This document shows, piece by piece, positions 36,145 to 46,311 of a stretch of DNA of 51,012 bases. The translations under genes were made by a program, and so were the position numbers. Position 1 is the stretch's first letter, and each line of letters starts with the position of its first letter. The notes beneath the pieces are model-generated. The model was not told the origin of the DNA. It worked only from the letters and a program-made list of their open reading frames with translations, and did not search any database. Source of the DNA: Fusobacteriia bacterium UBA1095 (GTDB lineage Bacteria; Fusobacteriota; Fusobacteriia; Bac17; UBA816); contig DCBY01000005.1 in NCBI GenBank assembly GCA_002313635.1, forward strand, positions 1 to 51,012. Direction: 5' to 3'.

Positions 36145-37017
36145 TTAAACTCTCTTTTTTCTGATTATATCATAATCACTCTTAGTCTTAACGTACGATT
36201 CACAACAAAGTTTAGCTAATCTACTCACTGTCTGTATGAAATTTTGTCTCTTTTTAGGAGATATAACTTTTTGAGCATCTAGCACATTAAAGGCATGAGA
36301 TGCTTTCAATACCATGTCATATGCTGGAAACACAAGATCATCTTCTAGACATTTTTTGGCCTCTTCTACGTATATGTTGAAAAGGTTCAAATAATTATCT
36401 GGATTAGCTACCTCAAAAGAGTATTTAGAGTATTCGAATTCTCTTCTTCCAAATACTTCCTTATATTTTTTATTGCCATCCCAATCTAGCTCAAGTATGT
36501 TGTCCTTATTTTGAACAGCAAGAGCTAACCTCTCCACACCGATTGCTATCTCTATCGGAGTATGAATTAGGTTTATGTTACCAACTTGATTGAAATAAGT
36601 GAATTGAGTTACTTCTCTACCATTTATTCTAACTTCTGAGCCTAGTCCCCATGCACCTAAAGTCGGCTGTTCCCAATTATCTTCGATAAATCTAACATCA
36701 TTTTTCTCTAAATCTATTCCTATATGCTCCAAGCTCTTTAAATAGATTTCTTCTATATTTGAGGGTGATGGTTTCAAAAATACTTGAAATTGATGGTGTT
36801 GATACAGCCTATTAGGGTTTATTCCATATCTGCCATCTTGTGGTCTCCTACACTGCTCAATATAAGCTATTTTTTCTAAACTGTCACCTAATGATCTTAA
36901 AAAAGTATTGGGACTGGAAGTAGCAGCCCCTTTTTCAACATCATAAGAATACTCTATTGTGACACCCTGATCAAGCCAAAAATTTTCAAGAGCTTTTAGC
37001 ATACTCTTTATGTTCAT
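36145..37017 (-). CDS. glyQ: Glycine-tRNA ligase alpha subunit
   Basis: RRPQDGRYG, NPNRLYQHHQFQV, EDNWEQPTLGAWGLG, EVTQFTYF, LKASHAFNVLDA. Confidence 0.99.
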   Translation of the reverse strand: MNIKSMLKALENFWLDQGVTIEYSYDVEKGAATSSPNTFLRSLGDSLEKIAYIEQCRRPQDGRYGINPNRLYQHHQFQVFLKPSPSNIEEIYLKSLEHIGIDLEKNDVRFIEDNWEQPTLGAWGLGSEVRINGREVTQFTYFNQVGNINLIHTPIEIAIGVERLALAVQNKDNILELDWDGNKKYKEVFGRREFEYSKYSFEVANPDNYLNLFNIYVEEAKKCLEDDLVFPAYDMVLKASHAFNVLDAQKVISPKKRQNFIQTVSRLAKLCCESYVKTKSDYDIIRKKRV

Positions 37018-37493
37018 TTATCCTCGCTGATATAACTGTCAATTAATAACAAAATTATTGCTATGTTTATAAAGGCATCTGCCCCGTTGAATATAAATGT
37101 CCATATCCCATTAAAGTCAATGAAATCTATTACAAAATTTCTGAAAAGCCTATCGTAACTATTACCTAGTGCTCCTCCAAAAATTAATCCATAAGCGACA
37201 AGTTTTAACATGCTAAATTCGTTTATTCTTTTGTAAATATAGTAAAGTATGTAAAATGTCACACCTACACCTAATGCACTGACTAACCAAAATACAAACT
37301 GATTGTCTAGAAATAGTCCAAATACTATACCAGTATTTCTGACGTAGGTAATTCTTAAGAAATTCCCTATAACTTCTATAGATTGATGTGGAATCATATA
37401 CAGGTCAACCAATATTTTTGAAATTTGGTCAGCTGCAAATGAAAATAGTGAAATGAATGATAATATTAAATATCTTCTAGTACTTTTCTGCAT
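37014..37493 (-). CDS. lspA: Lipoprotein signal peptidase II
   Basis: DQISK, NTGIVFG, GGALGNSYDR, VIDF, FNGAD. Confidence 0.96.
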   Translation of the reverse strand: MQKSTRRYLILSFISLFSFAADQISKILVDLYMIPHQSIEVIGNFLRITYVRNTGIVFGLFLDNQFVFWLVSALGVGVTFYILYYIYKRINEFSMLKLVAYGLIFGGALGNSYDRLFRNFVIDFIDFNGIWTFIFNGADAFINIAIILLLIDSYISEDK

Positions 37494-40096
37494 TTTTCAC
37501 AAACCTCTCCTTCTTTTATATAATTAAAGTATAACCAACACCTATCACATTTTATACCATTAAATTTGTTGACTACAACTTTATTTTCATCTGCCATAGT
37601 AATATTTACTTCGGCAACCTTGAATATCTCTTTAAGTTCATCTTCATTAAAGAAATTCAAATTTGTAAAAAGATCTACGGATACTTGAGAAGATTTTTTT
37701 ACAATATCGTTTTCTATTAACTTCTCTATTTCTGTATTAACTTTGCTTCTCAATAAAAGAACTTTTTCCCAAATATCTAAATTCAATTTTGGGTTTAAAG
37801 ACTCTATTTCAGATAGAAATACAGAGTTATCACTCAAGTAGGACCAAACTTCCTCTGAAGTGAAAGATAAAACCGGAGATATAAATTTACTAATTTGTTG
37901 GCAAATTTTCTTTAAAACTATTTGGCAAGATATCCTCTCTTTACTCTTTGGTAAAGAGGTGTAGAGCCTATCTTTAACTATGTCAAAATAAAAAGAGCTC
38001 ATTTCAGTTAAGAAACTTACTATCTCTAACATTCCGTTATGAAACTGGTACCTATCAAACAGATTTGTCGCTTTGTTAATAGTATCATCTAGCTTAGTGA
38101 TTGCCAGTTCATCTATTTTCATTAATTGCGCATCACTGTCTTCGCTTAAATCATGAATATTTCCTAAAATGAATCTGAAAGCATTTCTTATTTTTCTATA
38201 ACTCTCTATGTTTTGTTTTAGAATGTCTTCAGAAATTCTAACATCACCCATAAAATCTACTGATGCTGTCCACAATCTAAGTATATCTGCTCCATATTTA
38301 GAGACTATATCTTGAGGTAATACAACATTACCTAGCGACTTACTCATTTTTATTCCATTGCCATCCATCACAAATCCGTGAGTTACTAAACTTTTGTAAG
38401 GTGCTTTTTCTCTTGAACCTACACTAGTTAGTAAAGATGTTTGAAACCAGCCTCTATGTTGGTCACTGCCCTCAAGATATAGATCCGCTATGTTGTCTTT
38501 TAAAACTGTAGAGTATGTTGTCCCAGAGTCAAACCAGACATCAAATATATCCTCACCTTTCCTAAAATCACTATCTTCACAGCATTTATATCTTGATTTG
38601 AGGAAATATTCTGCATCTTTGCTAACAAATATATTGGACCCATTTATTTTAACTTCCTCAGCTATCTCTCTTATTAACTTACTATCTAACAGAGGTTTAT
38701 TACATTTGTTACAAAAAAATACAGGTATAGGAACACCCCATACTCTCTGCCTAGAGATACACCAGTCAGGTCGATTTTCCATCATGGATCTGAGTCTATG
38801 CTCGCCTTCTGAAGGAAGAAAAGATACATTCTCAATCTCTTTTAGGCATTTCTCTCTTAATCCAGAATTTACATCTATAAACCACTGTTTTGTTGCCCGA
38901 AATATTATTGGTTTTTTTCCTCTTTCTGAGTAAGGATAGGAGTGCTTAATCTTTTCATGCAAAAGTAAATTTGAGCCTAGTGCTTCAATTATTTTCATAT
39001 TTGCATCTTCGTAAAATAGCCCTTCAAAATTGTCTGCTTCTTTTGTCATAACTCCCTTTTCATCTACGGGGCAGAGTATTTCTAGTCCATACTTTGTGCC
39101 TAGAATGTAGTCATCCATACCATGACCTGGTGCAGTGTGAACGCAACCAGTACCTGATTCGGGAGTTACGTGATGACCCAACACTATCTTACCTTCCCTT
39201 TTTATAAATGGATGCTCATAGCTGTAGTTTTCAATTTCATGTCCCTTGAACTCTCTTAAAATTTTGCCTAGGGATAGCTTTTCTTTCAGTGTTTCATATA
39301 ATTCCTTAGCTACTATAATATTCTTTCCTTTTTCTTCAGTAACTACGTAGTCAAGATCAGGATTAAGCGCAACAGCAAGGTTAGCTGGTAGCGTCCAGGG
39401 TGTTGTTGTCCAAACAGCTAGGTATAAATTTGAAGCATCTAGCTTGGTTTCTAGCTCTTTTGAAGATTTCATTAAGAAATATATGGAGTTAGATTCTTTC
39501 TCCTTGTAAACAATCTCTGCTTCAGCTAATGCAGTTCTGGTTGTCACACACCAATAAACAGGTTTGAGAGAATTGTATACGTATCCTTTTTCAACCAGTG
39601 TTGCAAATACTCTTAACTGTTCAGCTTCAAATTTGGGATCCATTGTAATATAAGGATTTTCCCAGTCAGCTAATATACCTAATCGTTTGAAATCCTTTTT
39701 ATGCCTCTTTATAAATTTAAGAGCATGATTTCTAAATTTATTTCTAAGAGATATTTTGTCTCCATCTAAGTCTCCTTTGCTCATTACTGCTAATTCTATG
39801 GGAAGCCCATGAGTATCCCATCCTGGTATGAATTCAGCTTTAAACCCTTTTATTCTTTTGTATTTCAAGACAATGTCTTTTAAAATTTTATTAAAAGATG
39901 TCCCAACATGTATATCTCCATTAGCGTAAGGCGGACCATCATGGAAAACAAATGTTTTGTTTCCTTTTGATAGAAGCTGTTCGTATATTTTTTCATCTTC
40001 CCATTTTTTCAAAATTGATGGTTCTTTCTCAGGAAGGTTAGCCTTCATACTGAATGCTGTTTTTGGTAAATTAAGTGTATCAGAATAATTTTTCAT
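37466..40096 (-). CDS. ileS: Isoleucine-tRNA ligase (type 1)
   Basis: HDGPPYANG-HVG, WTTTPWTLP, WCISRQR, KMSKS, C-terminal CDRCW..CEKC zinc finger. Confidence 0.99.
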   Translation of the reverse strand: MKNYSDTLNLPKTAFSMKANLPEKEPSILKKWEDEKIYEQLLSKGNKTFVFHDGPPYANGDIHVGTSFNKILKDIVLKYKRIKGFKAEFIPGWDTHGLPIELAVMSKGDLDGDKISLRNKFRNHALKFIKRHKKDFKRLGILADWENPYITMDPKFEAEQLRVFATLVEKGYVYNSLKPVYWCVTTRTALAEAEIVYKEKESNSIYFLMKSSKELETKLDASNLYLAVWTTTPWTLPANLAVALNPDLDYVVTEEKGKNIIVAKELYETLKEKLSLGKILREFKGHEIENYSYEHPFIKREGKIVLGHHVTPESGTGCVHTAPGHGMDDYILGTKYGLEILCPVDEKGVMTKEADNFEGLFYEDANMKIIEALGSNLLLHEKIKHSYPYSERGKKPIIFRATKQWFIDVNSGLREKCLKEIENVSFLPSEGEHRLRSMMENRPDWCISRQRVWGVPIPVFFCNKCNKPLLDSKLIREIAEEVKINGSNIFVSKDAEYFLKSRYKCCEDSDFRKGEDIFDVWFDSGTTYSTVLKDNIADLYLEGSDQHRGWFQTSLLTSVGSREKAPYKSLVTHGFVMDGNGIKMSKSLGNVVLPQDIVSKYGADILRLWTASVDFMGDVRISEDILKQNIESYRKIRNAFRFILGNIHDLSEDSDAQLMKIDELAITKLDDTINKATNLFDRYQFHNGMLEIVSFLTEMSSFYFDIVKDRLYTSLPKSKERISCQIVLKKICQQISKFISPVLSFTSEEVWSYLSDNSVFLSEIESLNPKLNLDIWEKVLLLRSKVNTEIEKLIENDIVKKSSQVSVDLFTNLNFFNEDELKEIFKVAEVNITMADENKVVVNKFNGIKCDRCWLYFNYIKEGEVCEKCRKVLEDI

Positions 40097-40109
40097 TTTT
40101 TAACTCCAA

Positions 40110-41342
40110 CTATATTTTTTTTATTAAATCTATTATATCGTCAAAATCTTTATCATTTGTAATTTGATAATTTTCTACAATAGCCGCTATTGTTCTTCCT
40201 ACTGCAAGCCCAGATCCATTCAATAAGTGTGCATATTCATTCTTTTTTCCTCTTCTGAATTTTATAGAAGACCTTCTAGACTGAAAATCTCTTGTGTTAC
40301 TACAAGAAGATATCTCTCTAAATTTGTTTTGTGAAGGCATCCAAACTTCTAAATCAAAAGTCTTTGATGCAGTGAAACCTGTATCTCCTCTGCATTTCAA
40401 TACAACTCTGTATGGTAGCTTTAATTTTTGAAGTATACTCTCTGCATCAGCAACTAAGCTATCTAGTTCATTGTCAGACTCTTCTGGTTTTACTATTTTA
40501 ACTAGCTCCACTTTACTAAATTGATGTAGTCTGATTAGGCCTTTTGTGTCTTTACCATAGGATCCTGATTCCTTTCTAAAACAAGGTGAATAGCAGACTA
40601 ACTTTTTGCTTAACATTTTTTCATCTAAAATTTCATTTGAATACAAATTTACTAAAGACACCTCACCGGTAGGAATTAAATAGAAGGCATCAAAAGAGTA
40701 TGCATCTTCCTTAAATTTAGGAAGCTGTCCACTATTAAACATAGCTTTTTCTTTAACCAAAAAAGGAATTGAAATTTCTTCATACCCTTTTGAAATATGC
40801 TCTCTTATCATGAAATTAGCTAACTCTCTCTCTAAAGTAGCTGCCCTATTTCTAAGAACGGCAAAACGAGCTCCACTAATTTTAGCAGCTCTTTCACTGT
40901 CTAAATAGTTTGTTTTTAGTAATTCATCATGACTTTTACCATCTTTTTTGATAAGCTCATCTCCCCACATCTTTACAACCACGTTAGATGATTCATCTTC
41001 TCCTAAAGGCACATCTTCATCACAAATGTTAGGTATTTGATCTATTAGTTGTTTATACTCTGAATTAATCTCTGAAAGATTATGTTCCATTGAGCTTATT
41101 TCCTTGGCAAAAGAAGCTGCTTTCATTAGCAATTCGTCTGCTTTTTGATTTGTAGACCTAGCTATTCCTATTTTTTTTGATATTTCATTTCTCTTATTTT
41201 TAAGTTCTTCTGACTCTCTAGTTAAGTTAGATCTTTTGCTGACTAACTCTGACAAATAGTCTAAATCTACACTACTGTGTCTAAATTTTAGCTTAGACTT
41301 AAGGGATTCTAAATCTCCTTTTAAAAGACCAGTATCAATCAT
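40110..41342 (-). CDS. serS: Serine-tRNA ligase
   Basis: LIPTGEV, FRKESG, RLHQFSKVE, EISSCSN, LNGSGLAVGR. Confidence 0.99.
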   Translation of the reverse strand: MIDTGLLKGDLESLKSKLKFRHSSVDLDYLSELVSKRSNLTRESEELKNKRNEISKKIGIARSTNQKADELLMKAASFAKEISSMEHNLSEINSEYKQLIDQIPNICDEDVPLGEDESSNVVVKMWGDELIKKDGKSHDELLKTNYLDSERAAKISGARFAVLRNRAATLERELANFMIREHISKGYEEISIPFLVKEKAMFNSGQLPKFKEDAYSFDAFYLIPTGEVSLVNLYSNEILDEKMLSKKLVCYSPCFRKESGSYGKDTKGLIRLHQFSKVELVKIVKPEESDNELDSLVADAESILQKLKLPYRVVLKCRGDTGFTASKTFDLEVWMPSQNKFREISSCSNTRDFQSRRSSIKFRRGKKNEYAHLLNGSGLAVGRTIAAIVENYQITNDKDFDDIIDLIKKI

Positions 41343-42765
41343 TGATTCTCTCAGATGTCTTGACTATACCATAATTAGCAGCTATTCGATGTGTTTCTTT
41401 ATCTATATCTTTAGCTTCTATTACAATTATAGTATCATCAAAAAGTTTTATTATATGTTGTACAGTATCTTTTTTAAAGGCATTTTCTACATCTTTGAGA
41501 GTCTTTATTGGCTCATCATTTATTGTTGAAACTATATTTCTTGACACTTGGTACCCAGAGGTGTTTTCATCTTCTAAAACCCTATTAACTATTATGAAGT
41601 CTTCTTTCTCTTCTTCTCTAAGCTTTCCAACAACTTGGTCAATGTGTTTATTTCCTATTCCAAATATTGAATCACAAACTATGTTGCAGACCAGAGGTTG
41701 AAAAATAACCCCTCCTTTTATTGTAAATGCAGGAGAAGTATCATATTCTGTCTCACTAGCATATCGTACATCATTAATAGCAGTAGAGAGTTTAAGATTT
41801 TTCTCCATTATGTTACCTTTTCTGAATATTCTAATTTTAATTTCATCTCCTAAATTTTTTCTCTTGTAGGCATAACTAGCAGAAGTTCTTTCATTTCTTC
41901 TGAATTCTACCGTTAAATTTTCTGCTATTTCAAAGTCATCTATTTTCAATATCACGTCACCCTCTTCAATGATACCTTTAGCGGGTGAAAGGTCCCCTAC
42001 TTTGGTTACTAGAATTCCACCTTCTAGTTTGTCTATGCCTAACCATTTTCGAAGATTTTTGTTTTCAGTAGCCTGAAATTCTATTCCTATATCCGGTACT
42101 CTGTAAACTAAGCCTTTTTTGTAGAGACTTAAGACTTTTTTCAATACTTCAGCTGATATCATGTATCCACCCTCTTTAAAGAAAGATCCCTGGAATGACA
42201 CTCCCACAACTTTGTCATCTTTTATGACCGGACCTCCACTACTTCCGGGCGCTATAGATGTATCCATATCACAGCCTAACAATTGTGAACGACTGTGAAT
42301 AGATCTAGTCATTTCTACTCTAGAAACAACCCCTTTAGTTAGGGACATCTCATCCCCGCCTATTGGAAATCCGTATGCTTTAACTTCATCACCCACTCTA
42401 GGTGTATCGCCTATCTCCAAAGCAGAGGTTCCTTTAAAGAAATCACCGTCCTCAACTTCCAAAATAGCTAAGTCTACATCATGTGCAACTTTGCTTATTT
42501 TAGCAGCATATTTTCTAAAGTCACCTGCTTTTCTCACTTGGATAAAGGTTGAATCTGCAACTACGTGAGCATTAGTGACTATTTTCTTATCTTCAACTAT
42601 AAATCCTGAACCGCTTGCTTCTGATTGAACTGGTGATGCCCACGGTCTAAAATAGTCATATGATACCTTTTGAACAAAGACTTTAACTATTCCATTTGGA
42701 ACGTTGGATACCTTTGCTAAGGTGTTGAAAGAGATTATAAAAAATAAAAATATTTTGAAAAGCAT
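41335..42765 (-). CDS. Exported trypsin-like serine protease with PDZ domains (Deg2/Deg9-like architecture)
   Basis: Signal peptide; TNAHVV, DLAIL, PGSSGGP; RPW loop, GGDEMSLTKGVVSR; PDZ followed by a PDZ-like C-terminal region. Confidence 0.85.
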   Translation of the reverse strand: MLFKIFLFFIISFNTLAKVSNVPNGIVKVFVQKVSYDYFRPWASPVQSEASGSGFIVEDKKIVTNAHVVADSTFIQVRKAGDFRKYAAKISKVAHDVDLAILEVEDGDFFKGTSALEIGDTPRVGDEVKAYGFPIGGDEMSLTKGVVSRVEMTRSIHSRSQLLGCDMDTSIAPGSSGGPVIKDDKVVGVSFQGSFFKEGGYMISAEVLKKVLSLYKKGLVYRVPDIGIEFQATENKNLRKWLGIDKLEGGILVTKVGDLSPAKGIIEEGDVILKIDDFEIAENLTVEFRRNERTSASYAYKRKNLGDEIKIRIFRKGNIMEKNLKLSTAINDVRYASETEYDTSPAFTIKGGVIFQPLVCNIVCDSIFGIGNKHIDQVVGKLREEEKEDFIIVNRVLEDENTSGYQVSRNIVSTINDEPIKTLKDVENAFKKDTVQHIIKLFDDTIIVIEAKDIDKETHRIAANYGIVKTSERIND

Positions 42766-42778
42766 TTATCCTCCTGAT

Positions 42779-42804
42779 TTTTTCTAATTATAACATTAGA
42801 AAAA
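42779..42804 (-). promoter_or_regulatory. Extended -10 promoter of the Deg protease embedded in a 10-6-10 inverted repeat
   Basis: TTTTTCTAAT-N6-ATTAGAAAAA overlapping TG-T-TATAAT (42787..42795); AGGAGG SD downstream. Confidence 0.6.
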
Positions 42805-42818
42805 TTATATTAAAATCT

Positions 42819-44228
42819 TTATTTGATGTGCCTAATTAATTTTGGTCCATAAACTTTTATACCCTTTTCCTTGAATGTCTTTTTGATTTTGGAGTTAACA
42901 TAATCCTTTGTTATGAAAGATTTAGATATATCTCTCACCCAAAATGTCATAAGAAGTTTAATTGAATTTTGACCATAATCTACAAAATATATTCTAGGAT
43001 TTGGTACCTTAAGTATTTCATCACTTTCACTTAAAATTTCATACAGCAATTCTTTGGCTTCATCTATATCTGCTTTATCATCTATGAACAGCGGATATCT
43101 TATTTTAAATCTACTACCATATTTTCTGTAGCTTGTAACAGCTTTTTCAGTAAATTGAGAGTTGGGAACTGTGACGATGCAGTTCTCTAAAGTCTTTATT
43201 TTTGTTGTTCTTATACCTATCTCTTCTACATCTCCATACACTTCATTTATTCTTATTCTGTCACCTATAACAAAGGGAGCATCTGTAATTATAAATATAC
43301 CTGACATAAAGTTAGCTATGGTATCTTTAGCAATAAATGAAAGACCAACCCCAAGAATACCTATACTTTGTATCAAGGCAGGTAAGCTAGCTAAAAATGA
43401 CACTGCTGTATAGTCAAAAAGGTTCAATATGGAGAGAAAAAAGAGAATAAAGATAAATATTGTCCCTAAGTTCTTAACAAGTGGAATGAAGAATAAGTAA
43501 TTTTTCACAATTTCATTCTCTGACTCTTTTATCTGTGCGCTCAATTTATCTAAAAAAATTAAAGTTAGCCTTCTAAATATTACAATTGCATATAGCAGCA
43601 TAGAGAAGTCTATTAGTTTGAACACGTATTTTAGATATACGCTCATGCTCTGTATGCTAGAGATGTAGGGAATGGTAGCAAATATTTCCAGTCCTATCTT
43701 TGCAACAATTATTGATGCCAATACTTTGATATCCGCAAAAATAGTGTTGAAGTTGTTATTTGAACCTCCCATACCTAGTTTCTTTAGATAATTTTCACTA
43801 CTTTTAGCTATATCCGATTTAAAGAAGAATATATTCCATACTATACTGAAAATAAGAGTGAATGAGATAACTATCTTAAACTCTCTTAGTAAAAACGATA
43901 ATCCGTAAAAAGATATTACTAACCCCAGTAAAAGAAAGATGATAGATAACAGATCAAAAGCTACGTTTAAGAAGTATGGTAACTTTTTCATGTTTTCCAT
44001 CTGCTGTGTGATTTTGTCAAATAGAAAGTTTAGGCCTATTTTGAAAAAAATAGAGCTAACCAAAACTATTAATATATTTATAAAAATAGATATGTAATAA
44101 GAAAGATAAATTATGCCTAAATAGTCTAATATTTTCACGAACAAACTTGACATCAACAAAATAGATGCAAAGTTAATATTAGTTTTAGATAAAAATTTCT
44201 TTGTTGTGAAGGTTTGCTCCTTTTTCAT
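42819..44228 (-). CDS. mscS: MscS-family mechanosensitive channel with extended TM N-terminus
   Basis: IAKDTIANFMSG, PFVIGDRI, GDVEEIGIRTT, VPNSQF. Confidence 0.92.
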   Translation of the reverse strand: MKKEQTFTTKKFLSKTNINFASILLMSSLFVKILDYLGIIYLSYYISIFINILIVLVSSIFFKIGLNFLFDKITQQMENMKKLPYFLNVAFDLLSIIFLLLGLVISFYGLSFLLREFKIVISFTLIFSIVWNIFFFKSDIAKSSENYLKKLGMGGSNNNFNTIFADIKVLASIIVAKIGLEIFATIPYISSIQSMSVYLKYVFKLIDFSMLLYAIVIFRRLTLIFLDKLSAQIKESENEIVKNYLFFIPLVKNLGTIFIFILFFLSILNLFDYTAVSFLASLPALIQSIGILGVGLSFIAKDTIANFMSGIFIITDAPFVIGDRIRINEVYGDVEEIGIRTTKIKTLENCIVTVPNSQFTEKAVTSYRKYGSRFKIRYPLFIDDKADIDEAKELLYEILSESDEILKVPNPRIYFVDYGQNSIKLLMTFWVRDISKSFITKDYVNSKIKKTFKEKGIKVYGPKLIRHIK

Positions 44229-44237
44229 ATTTTAAGT

Positions 44238-44246
44238 ATTGTAGCA
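44238..44246 (-). promoter_or_regulatory. Extended -10 promoter 9 nt before the mscS ATG
   Basis: TG-C-TACAAT-acttaaaat-ATG, no SD. Confidence 0.5.
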
Positions 44247-44260
44247 CTAAAAGTCTAATT

Positions 44261-45199
44261 TTATTTAACTTTGGAAAATAGATATCCAAAATCTAATTCT
44301 AAGAAGAACCATACTCTATTTTCTTGGCTATGCCAAAAGTGTACAAAATCTATTCTGAATTCCATGTCAAAGTAAAAGAAATCAGGCATTTCATTCTTAC
44401 TGATAAACCCGGCTGATCCTACACAGGTAAATTGGTGTAAATCGTCTTTTCCTCTTTTGTAGTAAATTTCCTCTTTTAGAATCAAAGAGAAATTTTTTGG
44501 ACCTCTAGCCATAGGGAACTTTTGTTTAATTCTAGCTGAAAAAAAATCTTCAGTTTCAATTTGGGAATAAATTTTAAAGGAATCTAATAAATTTACTAAC
44601 CCACTCAAATTTAGCTGTTTTATAGTTTCAAATCTTTCTGCTCTTCCTAGTGAAACTACTATAGACATCTCAGCAAAATCAAAATTCCGTTTTGCCCTTA
44701 ATTTGAAATCATAAACAATTAATTTGAATTCGTTAGTTTTTTCTTTTTGTAGACCATAAGTTAGGGAAATATCCCCAGTGTACTCTTTATTACTGAAAGG
44801 GAAATTTGGCATCATAAAGAGGAACAGATTCATTTTTTTAAATTTATTCTGTATAACTAGTAAATAGTCTTTTGGGTTTCTTCTGTAAAAAGTTCTATCT
44901 TTGTATGAACTAAGTCCTACTTTCAGAAAAGAAAAGTCAATGTCAAAATAAGGGTCCAGGTTGAAACGCAAATTTGTTGTGCTGTATGTAGGTTCCTTAT
45001 ACGAAAGGTTGGTATTTAATTTAAGTACAGATATGTCATTCTTAATCTTGAAGTCAAAATTTAAAAATTCAAAATCAAATATACTATCTCCCCCTAATCC
45101 TATATCAGTTAAATTCGAAACTTTAGAACCAAGTTTCATATTCATTTGGTAAGAATATCCTATTGAGGATACTAAAAAGTATAGAATGATTTTTTTCAT
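44261..45199 (-). CDS. Hypothetical exported protein, probable outer-membrane beta-barrel
   Basis: Signal peptide MKKIILYFLVSSIGYS; many alternating hydrophobic strands (FDFEF, FDIDFSF, FDMEFRIDF, WFFLELDFGYLF). Confidence 0.6.
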   Translation of the reverse strand: MKKIILYFLVSSIGYSYQMNMKLGSKVSNLTDIGLGGDSIFDFEFLNFDFKIKNDISVLKLNTNLSYKEPTYSTTNLRFNLDPYFDIDFSFLKVGLSSYKDRTFYRRNPKDYLLVIQNKFKKMNLFLFMMPNFPFSNKEYTGDISLTYGLQKEKTNEFKLIVYDFKLRAKRNFDFAEMSIVVSLGRAERFETIKQLNLSGLVNLLDSFKIYSQIETEDFFSARIKQKFPMARGPKNFSLILKEEIYYKRGKDDLHQFTCVGSAGFISKNEMPDFFYFDMEFRIDFVHFWHSQENRVWFFLELDFGYLFSKVK

Positions 45200-46266
45200 C
45201 TTTTTCCTATTATTTCTATGAGTTTTTTAACTACAAAATCTACTTCAGACTTAGTGTTGTTTTTACTGAAGCTAAATCTTATCGAGTTCCTATTTAGTTT
45301 ATCAGTTAAGCCAATCTGTTTCAATACTCTAGAAGGCTCTATACTTCCAGAATTACAAGCTGAACCTGAACTTACAAATATATTATTCATATCTAATTTG
45401 AACAGCAATAACTCTCCATCTATGTCATAGAAAGAGATGTTAGATATATGCGGAGCTCTATTCTTTGACGCATTTATCTTAATTTTGAGATTTTCATTTA
45501 ATCTCATTTCAAAATAATTTCGCAAACTTGTTATATATTCACTTCTATTCTCTTTTAATACTTTTTCTAAAGCGAGTGCAGCACCAGATACAGCAGCAAC
45601 ATTTTCTGTTCCTCCTCTTCTGTTTCTCTCTCTGTTTTTACCTAATATCAGCTTGCTTAACTTAACTTGGTCTTTTGCTATTAATATTCCAATACCCTTT
45701 GGTCCATGAAATTTATGGGGAGATATCGTCATTGAATCTATGATTTCCAGGGAGTGATTTACTTTTCCTATTGCTTGTACAGAATCGCTATGAATTAATC
45801 CTTTAAAATTCTTTCTTATCTTTTCAAGAGAAGTTATGCTTCCCAGCTCACTATTAATATGAGATGTTGCTATCAACTCTACCCCATTTTCTTGTGCTTT
45901 AATTACATCTTTTTCTAATATCTCTCCCTCTGAATCCACATTAAGCTCCGTTACATTTTCTCTGATTTCATATATTTCATGTATAGATGGATGGTCAATA
46001 GCAGAGATTGCTATTTTGCTATAAGGATAGGTAACAACCATTGAATTAGCTTCCGAAGCAGATCCTGTGAATATGACATTTTCCCTGCTACATCCCAATA
46101 AATTAGCTATTTTCTCTCTAGAATCTTCCAATATAGCTTTTGCTTTTTGTCCTAAAGAGTGCACGCTCGAAGGATTAGCGTAAATTTCTGTGCTTATTTT
46201 AGTCATATGCTCAACTACATCATTATCCATAGGTGTTGATGAAGCGTTATCAAGATATATTTTCAT
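45196..46266 (-). CDS. iscS: Cysteine desulfurase (IscS/NifS)
   Basis: YLDNASSTP, NPSSVH, DSVQ, SPHKFHGPKG, SSGSAC. Confidence 0.95.
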   Translation of the reverse strand: MKIYLDNASSTPMDNDVVEHMTKISTEIYANPSSVHSLGQKAKAILEDSREKIANLLGCSRENVIFTGSASEANSMVVTYPYSKIAISAIDHPSIHEIYEIRENVTELNVDSEGEILEKDVIKAQENGVELIATSHINSELGSITSLEKIRKNFKGLIHSDSVQAIGKVNHSLEIIDSMTISPHKFHGPKGIGILIAKDQVKLSKLILGKNRERNRRGGTENVAAVSGAALALEKVLKENRSEYITSLRNYFEMRLNENLKIKINASKNRAPHISNISFYDIDGELLLFKLDMNNIFVSSGSACNSGSIEPSRVLKQIGLTDKLNRNSIRFSFSKNNTKSEVDFVVKKLIEIIGKR

Positions 46267-46272
46267 AAAATA

Positions 46273-46281
46273 ATTTTAACA
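46273..46281 (-). promoter_or_regulatory. Extended -10 promoter 6 nt before the iscS ATG (leaderless-type)
   Basis: TG-T-TAAAAT-tatttt-ATG, no SD. Confidence 0.6.
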
Positions 46282-46311
46282 CTTAAAATGTTTTTTTATA
46301 AATTACTTTTT

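Noticed and set aside
37466-41342. T-box leaders for ileS, serS or glyQ
   Set aside because: Intergenic gaps are 13 nt or overlapping, leaving no room.
44229-44260. CIRCE-like TAGCACT half-site
   Set aside because: No second half-site at 9-nt spacing; the sequence is better explained as an extended -10 on the minus strand.
110-45430. Numerous plus-strand ORFs of 60-160 aa in the track
   Set aside because: They lie antisense to well-supported genes and have Ser/Leu/Phe/Ile-rich shadow composition with no family motifs.
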